Source of the DNA: a virus
Lineage: Duplodnaviria; Caudoviricetes
Direction: 5' to 3' (one strand)
DNA: 54,253 nt
Virus record (IMG/VR): IMGVR_UViG_3300017589_000044
Coordinates: 1-54,253 of that record
How positions within the stretch are numbered: the first letter of the stretch is position 1; the number at the start of each line of letters is the position of its first letter. Made by a program: the position numbers and the translations under genes. Of this stretch, positions 1 through 8,270 are shown one piece after another. The notes beneath the pieces were generated by a model that did not search any database, had not been told where the DNA came from, and saw only the letters and a program-made list of their open reading frames with translations.

Positions 1-280
1 GTATGATATAGATTTATGATAGAATTATATCCTAGTGAATAAGTAGGGATTATTGTGCAGTTAGATTATAATGATTATTAGATTGTATTCACTTGTTTGA
101 GATATCCCCTATTCCTTATATAATAATATAGAGAATGGTAGGGTGCACAAGAAAATATATAAGTTGTTGCTATGATTGATATAAGTATTATTTATGTAAA
201 GTAAACTATACATACAGGAAGTTTATTCATAGTTAGGTAGTGGGATATGAAAAGTATTTTCTAGTGTTGAGATAGAATAA

Positions 281-329
281 GTGTGAATAAAATTAACAGT
301 AAGTAGTTTTGGTGTGAATAAAATTAACA
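281..329 (+). repeat. 18-bp direct repeat GTGTGAATAAAATTAACA x2 (281-298, 312-329)
   Basis: Exact copies read in the sequence, 31-bp period. Confidence 0.85.
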
Positions 330-352
330 AAAAATTTTTTCTTTTATTTTTC

Positions 353-386
353 AATGTCGACTCGTATCGAACATTTAGTTGACATT
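353..386. repeat. Inverted repeat AATGTCGACT-N14-AGTTGACATT at the G/C skew switch
   Basis: 9/10 complementary arms; possible protein-binding site. Confidence 0.5.
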
Positions 387-1259
387 CTAACTGTATCCCT
401 ATTCCCTATATAATAATAATTACTATTTAACATATATTATATCCTATTTATTCTCATTCAATCTTTCCCATATATTCCTTTAAAACGTAGCAGAATAGTA
501 TAGTATTGTGCTATGTTTATAGTCTACAAGCCTTTATTTTAAAGGATTCTCCAATATATCATGTGACGGGGGCATTTTACATTTTAAAACCCTTTTCATA
601 TCAGCCATAGCACCCTATCTGTTCCATTCACACGTCACTTCAATTTTACCCCTAATTTCACCTAATTTTTGTTCGACACACACTTCGACAAACTCCATTC
701 TACTCAACAAATTCCACTCTATAATCCACCTCGATTTTGCCATATTTCACCATATATCCATTATTTCATCCACTATTCCCTTTCTACTCAACAAATTATC
801 GAAGTAACCTCTTTTCATCAACATTTCACTATTTATCCATCATACACCAATCCATTCTATCCCTATTCTAACATCCTCTCATTCCATTAAACTACACAAT
901 ATCTTCATATAACTTGCCGAAAATCCTATCCCAATAATCCTCTCCATCGAAGTCACATAAAAATTAAAAATAAATTCTCCAATTACAAAAATAATCTCAT
1001 CTAAATTCCAATCCAATAATCTCATGAAACTAAAAATAAAATTTCCAATATTCCAAATATCTCATTTTCACCATATTATAATTCTCTTATCAAAATACAC
1101 CATTATATCACTCTATTTCGTTATAGAACTATTCACCATACAATTGCTCACTTTTACTATACTAGTTTGTTTTAGATACCAAAAACGAATATTTAAGCAA
1201 GCAAACTGGTATAAAGAACTTATCACTTGAACTTTATTATTTCATAGTAAAATAATTAT

Positions 1260-1341
1260 AAAAGACTAATCAAAAAGTTGTTGACACAATTATTCTTGTA
1301 TGCTATCATATGGACAAGAAACAAAAGACTAATCAAAAAGT
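1260..1341 (+). promoter_or_regulatory. SigA-type promoter flanked by two 19-bp direct repeats (candidate operators)
   Basis: TTGACA(1281-1286)-17-TATCAT(1304-1309) with extended-10 TG; AAAAGACTAATCAAAAAGT at 1260-1278 and 1323-1341. Confidence 0.8.
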
Positions 1342-1360
1342 ATTGGGATAGGAGAATGAT

Positions 1361-1492
1361 ATGAATAATTTGAAATTGGTAACAACAGAAAAGAATAAAA
1401 GAGAAAGATTATTTTTGTTTGACATTTTATATCGCAAATTTATAGAAAATATATATCAACCAAAAATGAAAATTTCAAGATTTAGATTCTAG
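1361..1492 (+). pseudogene. 43-aa ORF, possibly a truncated antirepressor-like remnant
   Basis: RBS AGGAG and ATG behind the promoter; MNNLKLVTTE resembles BRO-N antirepressor N-termini; no domain follows. Confidence 0.35.
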
Positions 1493-1575
1493 CAAGCGTT
1501 AGCGAGACAAAGAAGTATTCTCTTACTCTGTGAGTACTCTCTTATTAAGGATGCACCCCAGCATGACACTTTTGT

Positions 1576-1657
1576 TCCCCTATGTTGACCCTTTTTTGCC
1601 AATGTTAGGGGTATTAAATAGTCCCCTATGTTGATAACTTTATGAAATTGTGGATAA
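1576..1657. promoter_or_regulatory. Candidate origin or regulatory region: DnaA boxes and 13-bp direct repeats
   Basis: TGTGGATAA (perfect DnaA box) 1649-1657; TGTTGATAA 1629-1637; TCCCCTATGTTGA at 1576-1588 and 1622-1634. Confidence 0.5.
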
Positions 1658-1672
1658 CTTTTACTGTGAAAG

Positions 1673-2473
1673 GTGGTGATTATAATATTCGCAAAAGTTT
1701 CAAAAGAAATAATTTACAATAAAGAATTTGATAATAAAAGAATCTCATTATTTATGTTTTTAGTATTTAAAATTTCATTAGACGATACAGTTTCATTCAG
1801 CATCAACTCAATCATTGATTGGCATAAATTGAAAATCAATAAACGAAAAGGTAAAACAAATGAAATATTTTACAATCTTATATTAGGATACAAAGATTTA
1901 GAATACTTGAAAAGTTTTGATGAAAATGATTTACACGGAAATAACTTAGTAACCTGTGATGTCAATATGGATAAACTTTTTCCAATTGGCAACTACGGAG
2001 TAATATCGGACAAGGAGTTCAATTTAATAACACTATATCAATGTAGTAATCCTAGAATAACAACATCAGTTATCTTACTGGTGCTATCTTACATAAGGTC
2101 AAATATTTTACGCAGAACATCTAATAATGGTAATTTTAGTGAGAAAGATATTAAAGCAAAACCAGAATTTTGTTACAGGATGATCTCATACATAGAAGAT
2201 GATATTGGATTACACAGAAACACAATTTCAAAATGTATAGATATATTGGTTGAATTAGATATTTTGGTCACTCTATCAATGCCAAGATACAAAGATGAAA
2301 ATGGGAATTGGCATACTGAGGCTACCCTATTCGCAGATAAATACAGATACGATTCACAAAGTAGATTAGTACAAGATTATGACTATGAAGAAGAATTGAA
2401 ATATGGAAAGCAATATCTTATTGAAAAGAAATATGTAAGTAAAAAATTCTATCAAAACACAGAGGAGAAATAA
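1673..2473 (+). CDS. Winged-HTH protein, possible replication initiator
   Basis: HTH-like ISYIEDDIGLHRNTISKCIDILVELDIL; DnaA boxes directly upstream; exact start uncertain. Confidence 0.6.
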   Translation: MVIIIFAKVSKEIIYNKEFDNKRISLFMFLVFKISLDDTVSFSINSIIDWHKLKINKRKGKTNEIFYNLILGYKDLEYLKSFDENDLHGNNLVTCDVNMDKLFPIGNYGVISDKEFNLITLYQCSNPRITTSVILLVLSYIRSNILRRTSNNGNFSEKDIKAKPEFCYRMISYIEDDIGLHRNTISKCIDILVELDILVTLSMPRYKDENGNWHTEATLFADKYRYDSQSRLVQDYDYEEELKYGKQYLIEKKYVSKKFYQNTEEK

Positions 2474-2476
2474 ATT

Positions 2477-2866
2477 ATGACACTTGAAACGCGAGAAAAT
2501 TTACAGAAATTATTAAACAGCAACAATGAATCGGCATATTTAAAAAATCGTACAGAAGAAGAATGGCAAGAGGTATTTTATCTAATAAAAGAAAACACAG
2601 AACCTACACGAGATCGTAGATTATATGGAATGAAAAGTAATAGTTCAATCATGAGGTCAAACTATCGACTGTCAAGTGGAACAAAAGAAGAAACTCAAAA
2701 TACATATTATATTCGATTCATTAACGATATATTAAATCAACTTAGACTAGGACATCACGATTTTTGTTTTCATTTATTTCATGTAAAGGAATTACTTAGA
2801 TTTTATCCTTTTAATTTAAAGACAAAACTGAGAGATGGATGTATTGAAGTATGGTTGGGAAGATAA
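2477..2866 (+). CDS. Hypothetical phage protein
   Basis: RBS GAGGAG and ATG, 129 aa. Confidence 0.75.
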   Translation: MTLETRENLQKLLNSNNESAYLKNRTEEEWQEVFYLIKENTEPTRDRRLYGMKSNSSIMRSNYRLSSGTKEETQNTYYIRFINDILNQLRLGHHDFCFHLFHVKELLRFYPFNLKTKLRDGCIEVWLGR

Positions 2867-3113
2867 CATTTAAAATTTTACTTGCTTAAATCGCACTATA
2901 TCACCATAGAATCGACTTTATATATTCATGGATAACTAATATCAGAAATACTATACGACACGAATTAGAGTGTAAGAACGGATATTTAAGTAAGCAATGA
3001 TGGTAAGAGGAATGTATGGATATGCTACTTGTTAAAAATTAAAAACAACAATACGCATTTGCGTTTGATATAAATTAAAAACGATAATTAAAATTATATT
3101 AGGAGGAAACAAG

Positions 3114-3980
3114 ATGAGATTATTTAAAAATAAAGAAACTAAAACAACTATGGAAACTAAAATTGAAAAACAGATGGGCAGTTCAAACATTAAAACCAAA
3201 GGATTTAAAGAATTGGAATTAGGAAATTATGATATACCACAAGCAGACATTGATTTGATTTTAGAGTATCAGAAGAAGTTACCAGTATTACAAGAAGATA
3301 ATGAAAACTGGGTGGATGGAAGATTATTACATGAACAATTAGGAGTTGGGAGAGATTATAATACTTGGATTAAACAGCAGATTGAAGATATGGGATTAGA
3401 AGAAGGATTCGATTATAATTTAACGTTCACCTTCAAAGGGGTTCGTAAAAATGTCAAAGAACATGTTTACAATATTAAAGTTTCTACTGCTAAAGAAGTT
3501 GCTATGGTTGCAGGCGCAAAAGGTGGTCGTACTTCTAAAGAATTAAAAGAAAATAGTAAACTTGCCCGTAAATATTTCATCGCAATTGAGTCTGCTTATA
3601 ATCTTCGCAAAGACTGGAATTATGATAGAGCTGGTTCTCTTGTTGGATTCAAAGGATTACAACAGGCTTTTATGAAATATAGACCACAATTATTAGAAAA
3701 GCTACCTAGTTGGTCAAGAAATAATGTTCAAATTGCAGAATTTTGGGCAATCAATGATGTAATTATTGGCATGAAAAGTAGTGAATTTAGAAATGTGATG
3801 GGATTGAAAAAGAAAGAATCAATTAGAAACGCATTTACAGAACAGCAATTAGAATATGTAACTGAATTAGAAATGTTTGATGCTGATTTGATTGCAATAC
3901 ATAATATTTTTGATTTTACTGAAAGACATGAAAAATTATATGAAAAATATTCACTGTTGTCAAAAGGAAAATTTGCTTAA
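3114..3980 (+). CDS. AntA/AntB-family antirepressor-like protein
   Basis: VDGRLLHEQLGVGRDYNTWIK...GFDY...AKEVAM...ARKYFIAIE signature; RBS AGGAGG. Confidence 0.8.
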   Translation: MRLFKNKETKTTMETKIEKQMGSSNIKTKGFKELELGNYDIPQADIDLILEYQKKLPVLQEDNENWVDGRLLHEQLGVGRDYNTWIKQQIEDMGLEEGFDYNLTFTFKGVRKNVKEHVYNIKVSTAKEVAMVAGAKGGRTSKELKENSKLARKYFIAIESAYNLRKDWNYDRAGSLVGFKGLQQAFMKYRPQLLEKLPSWSRNNVQIAEFWAINDVIIGMKSSEFRNVMGLKKKESIRNAFTEQQLEYVTELEMFDADLIAIHNIFDFTERHEKLYEKYSLLSKGKFA

Positions 3981-4014
3981 TTACATGGAAATTATAAATA
4001 TAGGAGGAAACAAG

Positions 4015-4224
4015 ATGCGAAAGTTAAACCGATGTGAATTAAAACTAATTTACGATATTATTGTTTGTAAATATGAAGGCAATAAAGAAAAAGAATATAA
4101 GTGTAATAATTGTAAATTTAGAATTGAGTGTTTATCAAATGCTGAGTCACAAGATGCACTTAATGGATGTAGCGATGGTTTTTATGATAGTTTACCAGAT
4201 GGATTTTGGGATGAAATTGATTAA
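4015..4224 (+). CDS. Small Cys-rich hypothetical protein
   Basis: RBS AGGAGG at 4002-4007 places the start at ATG 4015; CxxC motif. Confidence 0.65.
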   Translation: MRKLNRCELKLIYDIIVCKYEGNKEKEYKCNNCKFRIECLSNAESQDALNGCSDGFYDSLPDGFWDEID

Positions 4225-4245
4225 TAAAATATAAAGGAGGAAAAA

Positions 4246-4551
4246 ATGAGTAAAAATTATTTACACAAAGATGCTAAGAAAAGCAACAGGAAGCCAATGA
4301 TGGTTTATGCAATAACTAATTGTCATATGTGTGATTACGAGGGAATGTCTTTTGAGGGACATGAAATTATTTCAGCTTTCTTTTCAAAAAAAGTTGCAGA
4401 AAATGAACTTGTTAAGTATTTAAAATGTGAATTAGAAGAAGATGTTTCTATCGAAAATTTGCATGAATATTTAGACAAAAGATATTATGAATTTGGTGCT
4501 AGTTACAGCGTTGTTGAAATTGAAGTCAATGATAAAACGTCAATTAAATAA
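4246..4551 (+). CDS. Hypothetical protein
   Basis: RBS AAGGAGG, 101 aa. Confidence 0.7.
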   Translation: MSKNYLHKDAKKSNRKPMMVYAITNCHMCDYEGMSFEGHEIISAFFSKKVAENELVKYLKCELEEDVSIENLHEYLDKRYYEFGASYSVVEIEVNDKTSIK

Positions 4552-4563
4552 AGGAGAAAAATA

Positions 4564-5736
4564 ATGGAATCAGAAGGAAAAGTAGCAGTATTAGAATTAA
4601 CAAACCACCCAAAAAATGATTATCTCTTTGACGATATAGCAGGTGATGGATGGGATGATTTATTACAGTCTATTAGAACATCAGGTATTACAAATGCAAT
4701 TACTATTACCCAAGATAAAGTAATTATTAGTGGACATCAGCGTGTAAGGGCTTGTAAGGTTTTAGGAATTGAAGAAGTTTCCTATAAAATGATTGAGTAT
4801 ACAGATGACGAAAAACAGATTAAAGATTTGATTGAATCAAACTTAAAGCAACGTGTAGTTGGAAATCCCAATCCAATTAAACTGGGTAGATGTTTTGATT
4901 TTCTAAGGGATTATTATGGAATACAACATGGTGCAAAAGAATTTCAAGGGAATCGACATACTGGGAGTCTAGTGACTCCGAATAAATCGGACTCACTAGA
5001 AACTCAATCTCAACTTGCCAATACTTACAATGTATCAGTTGATACAATGGAAAATTATATTAAATTATCCAAAGCTATTCCAGAAGTAGCTACTTTAATT
5101 GAAACAGGAACTATTACTAAAACAACGGCTTTAGCCATGATGAAAAATCTTTCCGACACTGAACAAGAAGAATTAGTCACATCTCTTGATATTACCAAAA
5201 AATATACGCAGAAACAAATTCAAGAATATATAGATAAACTTGCGGAAAAGGATTCCACAATTGACACCCTCCAATCTCGTAAACCAGAACAAATTGAAAC
5301 AGTTATTGATAATACAGATTATACATCACTGAAAAAGAAAGAAGAAGAATTAAAACTCCTAAACAATAAATATCTTATTTCACAGGAAAAAGAAAGACTT
5401 TTAACAGAACGTGTGAACCTATTTGAATCAGATTCGGAAAAATATAAAAAGTTAAAATGTGAACTTGAAGACATGACAAAAAGTAAAGATAGTATTGGAA
5501 GACAGATTGATGCCATTACGTCTATCTCTGGATTTGCTTCAAAAATAAATACATTTTTAAAAACAGAACTCTCCCCTATTAAGTATTCTAAAGCATTGCT
5601 AGAAATGAAATCAGAGAAAACTGTAACAAATAATCTATCTGATATTGTTTATGAAGTTCAAAAATGGTGTGATGAAATGAGAACATATTTACCTGAAACT
5701 GACAAAATGAATGTAATTGACATGGAGGAAAACTAA
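4564..5736 (+). CDS. ParB N-terminal-domain protein with HTH and coiled coil
   Basis: HPKN...LLQSIRTSGITNAITI...IISGHQRVRACKVLG...ESNLKQR (ParBc motifs); TQSQLANTYNVSVDTMENY HTH. Confidence 0.85.
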   Translation: MESEGKVAVLELTNHPKNDYLFDDIAGDGWDDLLQSIRTSGITNAITITQDKVIISGHQRVRACKVLGIEEVSYKMIEYTDDEKQIKDLIESNLKQRVVGNPNPIKLGRCFDFLRDYYGIQHGAKEFQGNRHTGSLVTPNKSDSLETQSQLANTYNVSVDTMENYIKLSKAIPEVATLIETGTITKTTALAMMKNLSDTEQEELVTSLDITKKYTQKQIQEYIDKLAEKDSTIDTLQSRKPEQIETVIDNTDYTSLKKKEEELKLLNNKYLISQEKERLLTERVNLFESDSEKYKKLKCELEDMTKSKDSIGRQIDAITSISGFASKINTFLKTELSPIKYSKALLEMKSEKTVTNNLSDIVYEVQKWCDEMRTYLPETDKMNVIDMEEN

Positions 5737-5737
5737 T

Positions 5738-6373
5738 ATGAATGAACAAAAATTTGAAACTTTCGCAAAAAATACAATTGTAGCACTTTCTAATATGAAT
5801 GAAGCAATTAATAATGTTCAACATGAAGCTGTGGCTGTGGCTGGTGATAAATTATCTAATTTGTCAGATGATTTTGAGAAGTATAAAAATTTAGTTGAGA
5901 TTAAATTGAAAAATCAAGATGCTTTAAATGTGGAACTTGTAGAATCTTCAAAGAAAGTTGCAAAAATGGAAAGTAAACTTGATACTTTAGAATTTGATGA
6001 TGAAGGAAGATTGCAAGAATTAAAGAAAACTTATCAAAAAAGAATTTTCTTCTTATGTGGAAATGATAAAAGCAATCCAGAATACATATTGTTTAGCGGT
6101 TCTTTATTAGCACAAATAAATATTTATTTACGAGAAAATCTTCATGTAAATTTAGTTAAAAATATTAGAACAAGTGATTTTCAAGGTGCAATGGTTCTTG
6201 CAAGAAATTATAAACCAGACAAATTTAAAATGAATAGAAGATTCAAAGATTTATTTAAAAAATATGAAAAAGAAACTTTAACAAAAGAGCAGAAAAAAGC
6301 AATGGATGAGTTATTAACTAGAATGGGCGGTACATTTAACATGGATAAATTATTCGGAGGTAGATGTGTATAA
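5738..6373 (+). CDS. Coiled-coil protein with ORF6C-like C-terminal domain
   Basis: RBS GGAGG before ATG 5738; LRENLHVNLVKNIRTSDFQGAMVLARNYKP resembles ORF6C. Confidence 0.55.
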   Translation: MNEQKFETFAKNTIVALSNMNEAINNVQHEAVAVAGDKLSNLSDDFEKYKNLVEIKLKNQDALNVELVESSKKVAKMESKLDTLEFDDEGRLQELKKTYQKRIFFLCGNDKSNPEYILFSGSLLAQINIYLRENLHVNLVKNIRTSDFQGAMVLARNYKPDKFKMNRRFKDLFKKYEKETLTKEQKKAMDELLTRMGGTFNMDKLFGGRCV

Positions 6374-8166
6374 TGGATTTCAATAAGGAACAATTAGAGG
6401 CTATCAATCATAAAGACGGGGCAAGTATTGTTATTGCTGGAGCAGGAAGTGGTAAAACAACAGTTATTCTAAATAGGATTAAAAATTTAATACATAATGA
6501 AAATGTTAATCAAAAAGACATATTAGTAATTTCATTTACTGCAAAATCAGCAAGTGAATTAGGTTCAAAACTGTCCGATAACTTCCTAAATGATGTAAAA
6601 GTTGGCACATTTCATGCAATTTGTAGAGAAATATTGAAGAATGAAGGACATACAAATATTAACTGTCAACCAGACCAATATAAAGTAAAAACAAATTGTT
6701 TTGAAGATGTAATTGGTAGAAAAGCAAATATAAATTTGAAAGATATTATGTCATTTATCGGATTTCAGAAAAACTCAATGGTCAAATATAATGGTGATTT
6801 CGTTCCAAAAGAATCCAAGTATACAGAATATGAATTGCGAAAATGCTATGAAAACTATGAAAAATACAAAACTAATAATAGAATGTATGATTTCGATGAC
6901 CAATTATTACTATGTTTGGATGTGGTAAGAAATAATCCGAAAAAATATTGCTGGAAATATGTTTTGGTCGATGAGTGTCAGGATAATAATGTTATTCAAA
7001 ATGAACTTATTAGAGAATGGACTGAGGATAGCAATATCATGGTAGTTGGTGACTTTAGACAGTCTATATATGCGTTTAGAGGGGCTAAACCAGAGTTGTT
7101 TATGAATTTCTACCAATACTACCCTTCCACAAAAGTCATCAATTTAACTACGAATTATCGCTCATTAAACAACATTGTAGATTATTCCAATAAATTTATA
7201 AAAGGTTATTTTAGTGATTATGAGTATTATAAAGATTCAATTTCAAATGAAAAAGTTAATGGAATTATTTCATCTGATATTTTTATTGACAGAAAAGAAG
7301 AATCTCTAAAGATTGCTACGATGGTAGAGGAATTATTAAAACAAAACGTTAAACCAAGTGAGATTGCTATATTGTACAGGAATAACTCCCATTCAGATAA
7401 TATTGAATATGAATTAGGAAGACGAAATGTTCCTTACGACATAACAAATAACGGATCATTCTTTGAAAGAAAAGAAGTAAAAGGAATTATTTCTATTCTG
7501 AGATTGATTTTAAACTTATCGGATGATGAGGCTTTTGAGAATGTGTTTACAAAATTAAGATGCCACCCTGTCAACTTTTTTAGAAACGTATTGATTTCTG
7601 ATTTGAAACTGGTTACTGGTAGAAATAACCAATGTTTGTTTGAAGCATTTTCAGATTACAGATTTGATGAATCATATCAGAATAATAATAAAAAGACATT
7701 TGTTGATTACATATATAGACTAAAACTTCAAAATGAAAAAGGAATCTCTATTGATAAATTGATTGATAATATTAGAAAAATGTTCAAAATTGATGAATAC
7801 ATAGAATCAGAATACCCAACAGAAGAATCAAGAAAAGATAGATTTGAAAGTATTGAAAATATTAAAAAGTTTATCAAGGGAAACAACTTACAATCTTTTA
7901 TTGATTATACGATGCAGACAAATAAGAGAAAACATAATAAAAATGCTGTACAGATGATGACTATTCATGGAAGTAAAGGATTAGAATTTGACAATGTGTT
8001 TGTAGTTGGAATGGAAGATGGGAAATTCCCTAGTTATAAAGCGGATATTAGTGAAGAAGCAAGATTGATGTATGTTGCTTGTACAAGACCAAGAAAATTT
8101 TTACATTTGTCATCAATCCAAGGAAACGAATTTATGGAAAAATACTTGAATGCTAAAAATGAGTAA
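6373..8166 (+). CDS. UvrD/PcrA-like SF1 DNA helicase
   Basis: AGAGSGKT, SFT, TFH, VDECQD, VGDFRQSIYAFRGA, NYRS, TIHGSKGLEF, YVACTR motifs; alternative start 6364. Confidence 0.95.
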   Translation: MDFNKEQLEAINHKDGASIVIAGAGSGKTTVILNRIKNLIHNENVNQKDILVISFTAKSASELGSKLSDNFLNDVKVGTFHAICREILKNEGHTNINCQPDQYKVKTNCFEDVIGRKANINLKDIMSFIGFQKNSMVKYNGDFVPKESKYTEYELRKCYENYEKYKTNNRMYDFDDQLLLCLDVVRNNPKKYCWKYVLVDECQDNNVIQNELIREWTEDSNIMVVGDFRQSIYAFRGAKPELFMNFYQYYPSTKVINLTTNYRSLNNIVDYSNKFIKGYFSDYEYYKDSISNEKVNGIISSDIFIDRKEESLKIATMVEELLKQNVKPSEIAILYRNNSHSDNIEYELGRRNVPYDITNNGSFFERKEVKGIISILRLILNLSDDEAFENVFTKLRCHPVNFFRNVLISDLKLVTGRNNQCLFEAFSDYRFDESYQNNNKKTFVDYIYRLKLQNEKGISIDKLIDNIRKMFKIDEYIESEYPTEESRKDRFESIENIKKFIKGNNLQSFIDYTMQTNKRKHNKNAVQMMTIHGSKGLEFDNVFVVGMEDGKFPSYKADISEEARLMYVACTRPRKFLHLSSIQGNEFMEKYLNAKNE

Positions 8167-8168
8167 AC

Positions 8169-8226
8169 TTGACGATTGATTTAAACATAATATACTGCCC
8201 TCTCTATATATATGGGGGGTAGTATA
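8169..8226 (+). promoter_or_regulatory. Promoter upstream of the RNAP gene, overlapping an inverted repeat
   Basis: TTGACG-16-TATACT; hairpin TATACTGCCCTC...GGGGGTAGTATA. Confidence 0.5.
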
Positions 8227-8270
8227 ACATTAGAGGGAGACAAGGTACTTGATATTAGGAGGAATAAAAC

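Noticed and set aside
353-404. Canonical XerC/D dif site
   Set aside because: AATGTCAACT resembles a XerD arm, but no XerC arm lies at 6-bp spacing and the arms face inward; kept only as an unexplained inverted repeat
669-1230. ORFs 669-890 and 1024-1230
   Set aside because: No RBS; His/Ile/Phe-biased translations reflect the local C/T skew
281-1341. CRISPR array from the direct repeats
   Set aside because: Only two copies of each repeat, unrelated to one another, and no cas genes
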